Notes: generated by a model not told the origin, from the sequence alone. A stretch of DNA of 64,000 nucleotides from Ramazzottius varieornatus (GCA_001949185.1 BDGG01000002.1:4268448-4332447); one strand, 5' to 3'. Counted from the first letter of the stretch, positions 12,163 to 25,116 are shown. Made by a program: numbers and translations.

Positions 12163-15100
12163 ATGTTGAAGATGTCGCCCAATTTGACCGACCGCCCAGT
12201 TCCTTCTCGATCGGCAGTATACGGTCCTTTTGTCGCGATCGACAATCACTCGGAGATTTTGGACTTCGAATCGCAACTCGGACCAGTGGGGGATTACTGC
12301 GTGGCAGCGTATCTCATAATTATATGTTGGTGCTTTGGTTCTCATTAATTTGATAAAAATGTGTCCGGATGCGTCTCCGGCGGATTTAAATTTTTTCTTT
12401 TCACTTCGTAGGGGTCCTGTCGATATACGCCAATGGAGTGGTCATTATCGGCCTATGTCGTCAAAAGCAGAAACAGTTTGCTCTGGACGTACTCATGGGA
12501 AACCTGGCCTGTTCAAATGGACTACTTGCTTTGCTGACCTATCCTTTCATGGTAATCTCCCTGCTCAAGCACCGCTGGCTCTTTCACCAAATCGGTAAGG
12601 AAATTCGGGCGAAAATACTGTACTAGTGTGTGATACTGACCAGGTACTAACGACGCACGAAGAGTATCACGTTCCCCAGTGAAATCTGACCATTGCTATT
12701 TCGAGATGGGCTGTCCTCGCGCCTCTGATGTGAACACCACACCCTAGGTACCGGAAACACCGTGATTAGTTTGGAACGCGCTCATATATCGCAGCTGAAG
12801 AGAAAACTTTTCGACGACCTCATGCTCAATAATCTCAATTAAAAGCCTAGCATAGTTAGGAACAGGGCCTAAATTTCGTGTGGGTTTTCCCGCTTCCTGC
12901 ATATGCGAGAAGTTGTCGAGGTCTCATGCTAATTGCGCGCACTTCTAACAAGGGAACGGAGGTGACCATGAGAGTATGAACTTCTTCCAACTTTTTCTGT
13001 CGAAAGTACTCGGTCATAGCTACCGTTCAAGTTTACTCTCAGTTGCCACCGAACACCTTTTGGCCAGGGAGAAAATTACGAATGCGTGGAACCCTCTCAA
13101 AACCACCGTGGGACCTCTGACTTCTCGACGTCTACTGGTTCTCGAATCGTCCGAAACATAACGTCTCCAGCAACAAAAATGCATTAGATGAACTGGTNNN
13201 NNNNNNNNNNNNNNNNCACACTCTCATGGTCACCTCCGTTCCCTTGTAAGTTGCACGGTGCCAGAAATCAAGCGATACCGACGAAACCAGACAGTGTAGG
13301 TTTCCTATAGCTCCGAGCTCTCACACGACAAGAATACGGACTGGACAAACCAGCAGATGCACTTCCGGCACTTTGTTGTTTACGGAGGCAACATGATCAC
13401 TTTATTTATCCCCAATTATCTCCGTTGGAGTTCGCTGCATCCGTTGCACATCTTTGTATGGTTCGTTGAATTCGCCTAAATGGATGATGTACAGAAACAG
13501 ACAATATGCAACAAGCGCAAAAACTGCGAGCTTATAAAGCAGAAGCGGATGTGCTAATCAAGGCGGGAATTCTTATAAGAGAAACCATTTCCGCATGAAG
13601 GCAGGAATGTATCCCGAATCAATTAAGACGGATGGACATGGATGAATTCTATATGGGAGCTACGCAAATAACGCCGTAGAAGATGGTTATCTTCAGTGGC
13701 GCACACTCACAGCCAGCAATAACGAAGCGTGCGCCACTTGCAACGGCCATCTTGTACCTTTTGCTTGCCCAGCTCCCATATACTCCACTTTAGCTATTCT
13801 TATGTTTGATCTTCTTTCACAGGTTGTCAGATGTACAGCTTTGTCACGATGTTTTTCGGACTGGTGTCCATCTGGACGCTCCTTGGAATCGCCGGTATTT
13901 TAAGCTATACGATAACAAGCAAGAAAGCTAAAGGTATACTTTGCAATCTCTAAAGATAATTCGCGGGTAAAATCGCTCTTCGGGGACGATGTAATCCCGA
14001 GATCCGACTGAAGATTTCAATGAAAAATCTCGCGGCATCATCAAAACATCCATTAGTCGATGAATTAGGTCTCTAGGGTATCTCAGTCACATCTGTATAC
14101 TGTCCGTAATCCTCACGCGGACAAACTGTATTTTTAGCGGCGAAAGTTCTGCAGCAGCGTCAGCAACGCCATTGGTGTGCCCGCTTCCTCATTATAATCC
14201 ACCTCATTGCCGCCTTTTTCTGCATCCTTCCGCTGTTTGACATCGGCCGGTACGGACCTGGAAAGCATGGGACCAGCTGTACCATCGCATGGAAGCACAA
14301 CGACACGACATCCACCATCTACATTACCTTTCTCATGGCGGCGGGGTTCTTCACGCCCCTTCTTGGCACAGCCTTGTTCTACTACCGGATTACGCACGTG
14401 TTGTTCTCTGTGACGAAATCCGGGGACGTCTCTGCTCAACGTGCTAGGGCGCGAAGGTGGATGGCGGTGAAGCGAAAGAACTTGATGGTATTAAGCTTCT
14501 TAGAAAGATATATATGACGAGGCGTGCTTGTAAGCATGAATAACTAACTTCATAAGACGAACTTACGTCACGAACGTTTACCGCTTCGTTCGATCAGAAA
14601 CGTCTGCTTTGTTCCAGATGAGTACCGCCGTGTGCGTCTGCATGCTGGTATGCTGGACTCCATACTCCGTTGTCGCGATGTGGGAGGTAAAAAAGTATTA
14701 ATTGGGACGTCAGCAGACGACTGGAACAAGAACGTTTCCCTAAGTGACGCACACTTTCAGCCAACCACATTAAAAACCTCCGCCACCGAAAGATAACGTC
14801 CATGTTCAGTTCATTTGCTGACACCCCAATTGGTTTACAATTTTAGCCGATGATAATTTCGATATATCGGATTTACTCTTTTACAGACGTACGGGGATGC
14901 TGCCGCCCTTCCGATGGAAATGGAAGCAGCGTCTGCGCTCCTGGCCAAAAGCTCCACAGCCCTTACTCCTCTGGTCCATCTGTGGTTCGCCAAGAAGTTT
15001 CGGCGCTGGTTGCGGGTCTTCATCTGCTACTCATGCACAGAAATGAGGCATGTGGAACCGGAAGATCTCGAGCAATCTTCGCTTATGCTGAAACCGCGCT

Positions 15101-15249
15101 TGTCCACAAACGACATCGACCGACCGCGATTATTTTCTAAACGCTTACTCAGGGTGAATTCTGTAGCCTCAGGTGTCTTTCACAAACGCACCTTTCTCAC
15201 TTTTGTTGATATTGTGGTGAACGAACCAGTAGTCGCTAATAGTGTTTAA
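12163..15249 (+). CDS. Atypical group-4 opsin (neuropsin/Opn5-like), about 412 aa; exons 12163-12325, 12412-12594, 13823-13933, 14138-14487, 14618-14686, 14887-15249
   Basis: Manual splicing gives an open 7TM frame: DFESQLGPVGDYCVAAYLIIIWVLSIYANG, NLACSN, HRWLFHQIGCQMY, GRYGPGKHGTSCTIAW, CWTPYSVVAMW, LLAKSS (K296 equivalent at 14947-14949). The exon 3 donor could alternatively be about 13894. Confidence 0.85.
12949..13246. mobile_element. Non-autonomous DNA transposon with CAAGGG termini and 3-bp TSD (TAA), spanning an N gap, in opsin intron
   Basis: TIR CAAGGGAACGGAGGTGACCATGAGAGT at 12949 and its reverse complement ending at 13246; TAA at 12946-48 and 13247-49. Confidence 0.85.
13198..13216. 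other. Assembly gap (N run)
   Basis: Run of n. Confidence 0.99.
13678..13756. repeat. Family A palindrome in opsin intron
   Basis: AGTGGCGCAC-N24-GTGCGCCACT. Confidence 0.85.
14724..14806. repeat. Family A palindrome (degenerate) in opsin intron
   Basis: AAGTGACGCAC-N25-CTCCGCCAC. Confidence 0.65.
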
Positions 15250-15400
15250 TTATTTTCTGTTTGTTTTGCACGCTGACCCTGAGTATCGTACTGTAACATT
15301 AAGACACCGTCATGCCAATAGTTCCTCTGTGGACAATGACTGTTTGGCAGCCAGAAAAGACCGAGAACACCAACAAAGCTTTTCGTGTATCGTATTAGAG

Positions 15401-16954
15401 TTAAAGATGAGGTACGGTATCGTTCGCCACTATTTCCATCAGGTGGCCTGTTGCATTCTCTTTATGGCGGCTGTGCTCCATGAGCTCCCCACAACTTTCC
15501 ACCTTTGCGTCCAAGCCTAGATTCAACTGGAGCTGGAACACCAGAATCTGGTGGGTGATATATGCTGAAATGAGCTGTAAAAGCACAAAAAGGTTACATT
15601 CTCCCGGCGTAAAATAACGATAACACGAGGTGATCTGGCACTACGACGTCGACAAAATGAAACACCGTATGGATGGGTCCATGGAAAATTTGTCCGGAAG
15701 TGGAAGATGCGTGGTACTGCTGGGTGTGTGTTTGACGATAAAAGAACGAACCCCCAGGACCGCTTCATTCGTGATGGTGAACATCTTCCATGCTGTAAAC
15801 CCAATGCTGTTGCAGGTCAACCTATTGAGGAAGGTTTGAATCTGGAGTTCCTTAGAAAGCGTCAGCCTGCTTTGGTCGATCTTGTGTATGTGCGGCAACA
15901 CGCCATGAGCCTGAAAAAAGATGAAAAGTAAAAAGTTCCTTTGTGCTTGATGCACGAATGCTTCAACGATGAAAGAAGCTTACGGTCTCATACAGGCGAC
16001 TCCCCGCATAAAGTACTACCAACGTTTGGACAGAGTAGGTGAGGAACCAAAAAAGCTGCGACAAGGAAGTGATAATAGTCCACTGTAATCCTATGGAGTA
16101 AGCCACAAACACCGAGATAAGTAACTGGATTATGCTTCCTCCGAGGACCAGGAAGATCCACGGAGAGAACACGTACTCGGCTAATTCCACCAGTTCACAC
16201 AAAGAGACATGGCGGATACTCTTCTTGTACATGACTCTTCAACTGCTCTGGCCAGGTCATTGGTAAGATGGCAAAACTCGATCACTAGAGCTTCGGAGAC
16301 CAGCCCGAAGTAATAACAGGGCGCAATATAAACGACCGAACTAAGGACACCACCGCAGTAATTTAGGATTTGCATAGCGGTGTCATAATAGTCGAAGCCT
16401 TCCATCAGGCGCTGGTTGAGTTGGGCGTATGCGGGAACGTTTATGAAGAATGGGCCTGATATGGAAATGATCTGGGCGGCTAGGTGGACGAAAGCGATGC
16501 AGACGATAACGTTTCGACACGTACGAAAGAAGTAAGAGAAGTTGGGACAGTTTCCGAAAGCACAAACGAAGCGAAGCCGATTCCAGCTAAGAAAGAACTT
16601 GAACATGCCAGCGTCGTAAGAGACAAAGCATCCGCGGACAAAGAGGAACTGGATGACCAGAAGCTAAAGTATCCACATAGCGTAGGTGATGTGAGTAAAG
16701 ATGGCGCCAAGGTCTGACACGTCAGAGCGCAATTTCCGCAGGCCGTAGACGGCAGAGTACAGCGACTTGGCGGAGTACCCAACGAGGATAAGAGAAACCA
16801 GTTGGCACCATACTCGCGAAGATTCCTCAATTATCCGCCTCAGACTGAGCCTTTTACTTTTCCGTCCCGGAGACGTAGTGCGGCTCACTTCCATCAAAGT
16901 AACAGATACCGGTTGTACTTTCCGACCCTCTTCGACAGATTGCGGATGAATCTA
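15401..16954 (-). pseudogene. Gustatory-receptor-like (7TM chemoreceptor) pseudogene
   Basis: Several hydrophobic helices; C-terminal exons with IGFTAWKMFTIT and ITHQILVFQL (variant of the GR TYxxxxxQF motif); in-frame TAG at 16664-16666 and a frameshift near 16232; 5' end uncertain. Confidence 0.75.
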
Positions 16955-17620
16955 GGACGAAGAAGGAGGGAAATGGACGACACTTGTTTACAGCGCATTT
17001 GAGATACCGGTGAAGTGCTAATTAATACAAATGGGTTACTTACAAAAACATCCCGCCAAGGCGCATCAGCCAGATTAGAGGTCGACATAGATGATAAAGC
17101 GGGGTGCTATCCAGTGAGTTCTCCGAGCTGTGCTGACCCTCCGACGACGAATACTTGTGGTCTTTCGTGTCCGGTGTCTTTGTGGCTAATTTTGTACCTG
17201 TAATGAAGACAAAACTTAGTTCCTAGTACCTGCTGAATGACAACCATAGGCATATGTGCGAGAGATTTGTAACAACGCATAGATCCGAGCACTTGGAAAG
17301 TCGAAGAGCTCGCGTTCATGCAGCTTGTACATTCCTCAGTATCTGCATTAAGGAGCCTACGGAGGCGAAAATGAAAGTTGAGTTTCAAACGAGAAATAAT
17401 TCAACAACTACTCGCAGGCTTTTATAAGCGAGCGCGACAAAATAAGTGCACACTTCTCCAAGGTCTGTCTTACTCACCGCACCGCTGACATTGACGAGCG
17501 GAAGGATCAAGGATGATAACATAAAGTCGGTCATATTGCAAAAAGTCTTCATCGTATCATCATCTCATTTCTGCTGACACTGAAAGCTGTCAACAATACA
17601 GTACACGTCGGAGTACCACC

Positions 17621-17953
17621 ATGGTTGCCCTCCCGTGTTTCTTCCCTTTGTCATCGGGCCACACAGACCCACACTTCACGCCAGGCAGGTTGCTAGAACA
17701 TCCGGATCGCTGTCACATGATGCGCCAGGTGATCCCATCGTATTGCCTGACTGTCAGGACTCTGGCTCATGCACAGGACGCCCTGTCCGATCGAAACCAG
17801 TCTGACAGTCTTTATGGAGTTCCATATGGGCCACATGACTGGTTTCCTGTAAGCCCTGCTTTCGAGTATTTAACCGCATCAGCACCTCCTAATCCCGCTG
17901 GGACAAATTCTGATACGTGCAATGCGGTTGAAAATCATAAGGCAGCTGACTAG
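17621..17953 (+). CDS. Possible orphan small ORF (110 aa)
   Basis: ATG in CCACCATGG context and an open frame; no recognisable domain. Confidence 0.15.
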   Translation: MVALPCFFPLSSGHTDPHFTPGRLLEHPDRCHMMRQVIPSYCLTVRTLAHAQDALSDRNQSDSLYGVPYGPHDWFPVSPAFEYLTASAPPNPAGTNSDTCNAVENHKAAD

Positions 17954-18161
17954 AAAAAGAAGACAAGTACTGTACATCGATCACCCAGATAAAAGATAAA
18001 GGACGGTTGAAACAGGGCTGATTGAAACCAGCTACGAAAGGATACTTCTTACGCTAAGAAACACTATCATCCATTATGTGCAAGGCGAAGTACGAAAAAA
18101 AACCTTGGAATTTCAGGAAAATCCTTCGGTAGAAAGACTGAAAGAGTATCGCATCCGCTTA

Positions 18162-18882
18162 CTAACCCCATGCGAAATCGGCTCCGGGAAGGTCATAGGT
18201 CCGCAAGAGCTGCTTGGCCTCTCTGGAGACGGACACCACCAGAAAGTTGTCCGGCTGAAGGATCCACACTGCTCCCAAAATGGCCACCGCGATTAGCACC
18301 CCAGTGAGCATACTACCGACGAGGCGGACAAAGACAATAAGAAACGTTAGGAACATTCTGAGGCCCTGCATCAGCCAGGAGAAAGGACGGTTCGTGGAAG
18401 CCATAGATGCAGCCTTCTTTTCCGCTATGTCTAACGCAGCTTCGATCACTGCCTGCATCATGGAATCCCGTTTGCGCCTATCCCCGACTGGTGTCTTGAC
18501 TGCCTTCTGTTCTGGGGTAGCTTCCGTAAGTGGAGGAGAATCCACTTCCATCGCTTCAGATATGCTGCCTATGAAGTGACTGTTGTTATAAGACGGAAGT
18601 GACACGGTGGTACCTAACGCGTAACCTACCAAGAGACACGCAAGTGTTGCCAGTGAGGGGTGTCGCCGCAGGTTTTGCTGCCAGGAAGGTACCAAGATCC
18701 AGTGAAGCACGTGGGGTACTGTAAACGCATTCACCGTCCACGTCGGACAACCGAGAACGGGACGATGCATCGAAGAAGCTGGAGTCGGACAGAGCGCCGC
18801 GCTTTGCAGTTTTGGTAACGAAGGCTGGCATCCTCAGCGTAGCCGAGTCCAGAGAGTACTTTCCGGGTGTTCGAGACGGCAT
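18162..18882 (-). CDS. Uncharacterised protein of about 220 aa, Ser-rich N-terminus and long C-terminal hydrophobic segment; two exons (about 18882-18630 and 18569-18162)
   Basis: Two ORFs joined in frame by a GTAGGT...CATAG intron; hydrophobic run MFLTFLIVFVRLVGSMLTGVLIAVAILGAVWIL; head-to-head with USP8. Confidence 0.5.
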
Positions 18883-19546
18883 AGTTCGCTATCGATGATC
18901 CGGCAGGAGAATTCGCGGATACAAGGGTGGGAGATAGCAGTTCTGTCAGGAATGGCGGCCGGAAGCAGAAAAATCTTTCTCAAATACAGTTTTTCCAAGT
19001 CGAAACCCCGCCCGGAAGGCAGGGTTGACGCTACCAACATCCATAACCGTTTGCGCATCTCAATCTCCGGTGGATACGATGGATTGAAGGATTATCGAAT
19101 AACAATGTAATCAACCGAACACAATCAACCAACACAAAACCAACATAACGTCAGATGCCACCACCCTATGAGTCATCGGTGAAGTGCATTAATCCCTTCA
19201 TTAATCATCCATAAAGTTTTTGTATTTCTCGACGACGAAGAGGCGATCTCATAAGCCAGTTCTCTGGTCTGTTTTCAAGTAACATGTGTGAATTATGTTT
19301 GGGACGATACTATGACTAGAGGGAGCTGACACTACCTTGAAAGGGGACGGAGGGAATCGTCTATGTCCTGGAGTGGAGTTTACGGTGGTCGCGCGCTTAC
19401 CACCGTTATTACCCGACTTTTGGACACACTGAATGCTCATCTGAACTCTGGAGATGCTTCTTGACAAATTTGAAATTTTATCATCACCACTGTTGCAAGT
19501 TTTGCGACTTCTGGCACTTGACAGTAACCGCCGTTAAAGGGTGATC

Positions 19547-22500
19547 ATGCCTGATGCGGTAAAATCTTCCCCGAAGCTGCGATTCTCGTCTTTGGAGGCT
19601 CTGGAACAGGCAGCGGAAGTCGATAAGAAGAAGCCCCAGACATCTGACGTCAAACAGTACGTACCCGTAGATAGATAGATTTATTGAGCCTCGACAATCT
19701 AGTCGACGGCTTCCTCGATCGTCAGAGGATAACGAAACATAAAAATACAGTACTTACAGTATCATAGGGATATATTATGCAGAATACGATGGACAAGATT
19801 TAATGTACTATAGAACGGTTGAAGGAAGTTGACAGCAAGGGAAATTGGACACTTTATAACTGTGTGTGGGTTGTAAACTTTGTACAACGTTCCTTACGTG
19901 TTATCTTCTAATGTTCTTGCAGGTTGGAGAAAGTTTTACCCAAGTTGGATCTGTTGCTCAAAGATGCTCGGCTGAAAGGAGACGACGAGACGACTTACAT
20001 TGTGGCTAGTCGTTATTTTGATGTCTTCAGAACCATCCACAGATCGAAGAACAAGAACGACACTGTAAGACTGGCGTCTTCATCAAGTTGATGTTCTTCA
20101 TGATGCTATTACACGAGTCGCGTCTGCCGAATACGCTTATGGAAATATCTGGTGTTTCAGGCCTGGTACAGCAGGTATACACATCCAAAAGAAGCGTTGC
20201 AGCTACTGGAAAGCTTGAAAGAAAGTTTGGCGCTAAGGTAATCGAACTGTCAGAACTGTTGTATGATTTGAGAATTAACCACTGTATAGTCATCTCGCTA
20301 CGATCGAATTGTACCGCCAGTCGCATTGCAACTTCTTTTCATTCTTAGATATAAAGCAAATAGTCAGACGAATGGGTTTAGAACTCCCACGGAAAGAGGG
20401 GAGAGTCCGGTTCAACCGAACGGTTACACCGTCTATCAGTCGAACAGCGTCACTACCGAAAAGAAGCATAAAGATTTACCAGCGAAGGACACGAAAGATC
20501 CGTCGGAAATAACAGCCAAAGATCTGAACAAGCTGCTCAAGACCAACGAAGCTTCCGTCTTGCTGCTCGACCTTCGGAGTGAGGAGGAGTTTGAGAAGAG
20601 CCATATTACCTGCAAGAACATCATCAACCTTCCTCAAGACAAAATCGAAGGGTACGCGTTACTTATCCAGTCGGTACTGGCAGGAATGCAGATCGCCATC
20701 CCTTACCATAACTTTATCTTTAGGAAGCTGACAGCTACCATGATCGAAAACATGATTGATACACCCTACAAAGCCGCCTGGCGAACCAGACAGGTCTTCG
20801 ACAAAGTCGTCATCATGGATGGAGGTAACACCAGACTGTTCGAGTCAGCGGCAGTCAAGAACCTGACCGCAGTCCTGATCGAGGTTTGTGTTCTTCCATT
20901 CTCGTATACTTTGTTTAGCGGAAATTGTTGTAGTCGTGCGTCATTAGGGACGGATTTGGGTGGTAGGCAGACGTCCTGTGGTCGTTTCATACACCTGCAT
21001 GCATATTAGATCCTGCTTGCAACCGAGCCTTGTGTATGCAGGTGAGGGAGGGGAGTGTCCAGTATTATTATCATGGAGTTTCAGCGTCACGAACCTGCAT
21101 GCTTATAGCAGTCTTGTAACCGTAAACAAGTGTACATGCGTGAGAAAAGTTGACTAGCATTTTCGGATAACTACCCTAATCGATGTATAATTTCAGTTTT
21201 CATCGGAGCCCATCAAGTCACGTCCGCTGTTGCTGACCGGTGGCTTTTACGGCTTTAACACCAGCTTTCCTCACCTAACATCCGACCCGCACTACAGAGC
21301 TCCTCGTCAAGAAAACACCAGGCTGCGAAACCTGGCAAATATTCGTTTTCCAACGATGAAGCTCTTCTCCGATGCTTTTGGTGACTATCCAGCAACAGTC
21401 TCCCCCAAGCCCTTCCGCCCGAGTGCTCAACGCTTCGAAAAGCCTACCGATGACTTCCTTCCGGACAAGGACGGCCCTGTCTACATCAAAGACATCTTAG
21501 GTGACGTCCTTCCGAAGATCCAGCACCCAAACAACTCAAGAAGGAGTCCAACACCCGAACTGATTCCACAGCGCAGGTCGGAAGTAATCACCGAAATCCC
21601 GGCAGTTGATAGAGGGTTGAAGCCAAGACAGTCAAACCCGTCCGTTCCTTCCGACACTTCCTTGTCGAGTAACAAGTCTGACAATGGACATGACGCTTTC
21701 ATGGCCAGTAACCACTCGAACAACGGCTATGACGAGGTGGTGAATAGTTCGTACGTGAACCATACGAGAGGATCCGATGAAGATCTGGGAGATTTCTCGA
21801 GTTATGATGACGGTAGAAGTCAAACGTTACCTACAGTCAAGCGAAGCGCTTCAACAATGCCCTCGGTTTCAAGAAATAGCAAGCCTGAATCGACGCAGTC
21901 GAACTCGCGCAATTTTCCGACCAGTAGTGAAGAAAGTTCTTCCCGTCCTGCCTCTATGGATAAGCTACATGAGCGCTCCATCAACGAACAGGGTAAAAAT
22001 ATGCGAATACTAGTCGAAATCACAACATTGTTGAGAATGATTTCTTCTTATTTCAGGCAATTTGGAGGTGCGGAATGTCGATGCGAAGTCATCGACACTC
22101 CCACCGGGTGGAAAGCTTTCGAAAGTTGCGAAAGACGAGTTCTTCGATCCCTCGGTAAAAGTCAGAAATATCCCCATCATCATGGAAAATTCGCCGGACG
22201 TTTCGAAAGCCCCAGCGCAGCCTCCGCAGCCACAACGAGCCCTCAAACCTTTGGATACGAACAGAAGGGTCAGCTTCACCCTACCTGACTATCCGTCGCC
22301 CAGCCAATGGTATCCTTGTCTGGAAAAGCCAACTGTGCGTATCTAAAGTTTCTAGGTGTCAACAGCATTACTCGGTACGATTTGTGGACGATCTGGTTCT
22401 GTTTTACAGGAACCCGGAAGGACGGGTTTGGCGAACTTGGGTAACACCTGCTACATGAGCGGAGTTCTTCAGTGTCTTTCACATACAAAGCTTATACGAA

Positions 22501-23928
22501 GTTTCTACCTGAGGAATGCACAAGGCGAGAAGATGTACAGGCAGAAGGTAAACCCCAACAACAACCGCGGTACGAAGGGTCTGATTTCGGTGTACATGGA
22601 CCTGCTTATGGAACTTCTCTGGAGCGGCAGATACCGGTGGATATCGCCCGTCTTCATGAAAGACGCACTGACCCATTACAAGCGTGAAGACTTTTACGGG
22701 TAAGTATGACACTTTGAGCAAGTTCTCTGATTTTTGCCTTGACGTCTGAACCATGCTGATTTTCCAGACGTGAGCAACAGGACGCCTTTTCTGCTTTGTC
22801 CGCTATCCTGGGCTTGCTTCATCAAGATACAAACCAGGCAAAGATGGTGGGAGCGTCGAGTCAAGAGAGACGACTGGCTTTAGCGGAGATGGAAGACTCT
22901 GATCAACAGAGTACCACTGTACTGGTCAACGACGCTCAGAAAAAGCATAAGCTGATAACGGACTCGTATATCGACCGTCTTCTGATGTTTCTCAAAGAGA
23001 ACGTGGTCGAATGCCAGAATTGTGGATACCAGTCGAGAACTTTCACTTGTGACCAAATGCTAAACTTGTGGTTTCCCCCGGTCCAAGACGGATACCGTCC
23101 TCCCGACAGATCAGAACTTTCGGTAAGCATTTGGACAGAGTGTTGTCGAAATTTACAGTTAGATAATTACCCCAAAAACATGACGGAAAAGCAGATGGAA
23201 GGTCGCTGCAGTAAAATTGCGTTTGGCCGTTACGCACCTGAAAACATTGAGATCTGTGTTTTGCACTGTAGGCCTGTATGTAGGTGTGTGAAAATGGTTG
23301 TACATATTGGATCTTGCTTGCCGGCCTATCAGTCGATGTATTTTTCATTGCATATCGCCGCTGGATCGTCAATGAAGCAGTGTGATGAAAGTTTTGACTT
23401 TAGGATCTGCTGAACGCCGAAATGTGTCCTTCGGAGCCGATCGAATACAAGTGCAAAAAATGCCAGCGTACCGGAAATGCCGTCCAGAGACACTACTTCC
23501 ACAGCGATCCTGACATACTCATAGTACAGTTCAAGCGGTTCGGCGACAGTAGCTCAGCCGATGAAGACGACAGATTCCATAAAGACACTCGCTTCGTCAA
23601 TTTCAGTCACAGTTTGTCGCTTGCAAAGTTTTACAAGAACCCCACGGGAAGAAAGTCCGAGTATAAGCTCTACGCCGTCCTCGACCACTTCGGGACGCTG
23701 AGTTCTGGCCACTGTAAGTCCTCGAAAGCCTGATCGAGACTCCCTAACGTTCCATTGTTGTATAACTTCGAATATTTGTATTTTGTAGATATTGCCAACT
23801 GCTTGCATTCGGATACAGGCAAGTGGCTCAAGTTTGACGATCAGACTGTGACGGAACTAAGCGGTTCTACGCCAAGAGATTTGATTTCTCAACACGCTTA
23901 TATCCTATTCTATGAACGCTTATCGTAG
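19547..23928 (+). CDS. USP8: Ubiquitin carboxyl-terminal hydrolase 8 (N-terminal MIT-like, rhodanese-like and USP domains)
   Basis: Rhodanese-like LLLDLRSEEEFEKSHI; Cys box GLANLGNTCYM; EQQDA; His box HFGTLSSGHY; WLKFDD; AYILFYER. Confidence 0.9.
20993..21043. repeat. Family C palindrome in USP8 intron
   Basis: ACCTGCATGC-N31-GTATGCAGGT. Confidence 0.6.
23236..23285. repeat. Family C palindrome in USP8 intron
   Basis: ACCTGAAAAC-N30-GTATGTAGGT. Confidence 0.5.
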
Positions 23929-24287
23929 AAGAGCAGAAGCTGAAGTTCCAGTCTATCCAGAGTTTTCCTATATCACATGTTCCTTGTATACGAGGAACCA
24001 CGATCAGCTTTACCGCAGATGTTTTATGGTTTGATCTTTTTCTCCAGATGTGATTTTCATATATATCTTTGATCGCTTCTTTTTGAAACATTTTCGTCTT
24101 CGTCAGCAGAAACTTTCCGCTTGATGTGCGGGAAGAGGGCTTGCACAGAGTCCTCACAAGAACTATACGGTGTGGCTACAATCGAGTTCGTGAAATTAAT
24201 CAACTCAATAATACAGTACGTCATACTGCATTGCGCAATCAAAAAGTACCGTAAAACACAAAGCGGGAATGGCGAAACCGTTTTTGG

Positions 24288-25116
24288 TTAATCTGTATCC
24301 ATGGGAGGAAGATTTCGGCCTTTGAGAAAGTCCGCATGACTGCCAGGAAACCGTCGGAATGTGAGGATCTTTCGGCGGATCTGTTTGGGTGTTTCTTGGT
24401 AGTAATTGTTTGCATCTCGAGCCATTGCCTAGACAGGACGTATGATATTCAGAACAACCATCCTGTTCCACGACGTGCAAGCACTCCTTACAGTTGCTGA
24501 TAACAACGTACCTTGTAGTCATCTCCGTATTTTTCCAGCATCGTCATGCAGAACTGAGCTTCTGGTTCGGATAAGCGCATTGTGGACTCTTTGGGTTTCG
24601 AAGCTTCGTACTCCAACAGGTCAGCAACTTTCGCCTCGGACATCTCGACATCCCTCGATGGGTCCTTTGGCGTCTTCCTATCTGGCCTTAGACTGTCCTA
24701 AAACAGAAGCCATAATGAACGAACCGTCAGAAAACCGAGTTCATAAATCGAAACGGAACGGGAGATATCCTCGGTGCTGAGCCAATACAATCTATCTCCA
24801 ACCTTTGTGTCGTCGATCTTGAAGGCATCGTCCAGATGAAGTGTTAGTCCCATAGCGCTCATATTGGCATCGATACTTTTTCCTTTCTTCCACGCCGCTT
24901 TGATTTCCGTACTACAAATATCAGCAGAGAGCACGTTATCACATAGTCCAGAAGTACATAAGGATACTCCACCGTATGAGCAACGTATGTATCTCGTCGA
25001 CGTATTTCTTACCATTTGATCGTGGGCATCTGTTTGGACTTCTTCCACATCCGCTTCCGATCTACGTTATGTCGGTACACTTTCGTACGCTTGACTTTTC
25101 CACGTGCCTTTCCCAT
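24288..25116 (-). CDS. NOP16: Nucleolar protein 16, four exons (mostly missed by the ORF track)
   Basis: Spliced translation MGKARGKVKRTK...MPTIKC/STEIKAAWKKGKSIDANMSAMGL.../...LSEPEAQFCMTMLEKYGDDYK/AMARDANNYYQETPKQIRRKI matches Nop16 family motifs. Confidence 0.9.

Noticed and set aside
16664-16666. Stop-codon readthrough in the GR-like gene
   Set aside because: A second lesion (frameshift) makes pseudogenisation the simpler explanation.
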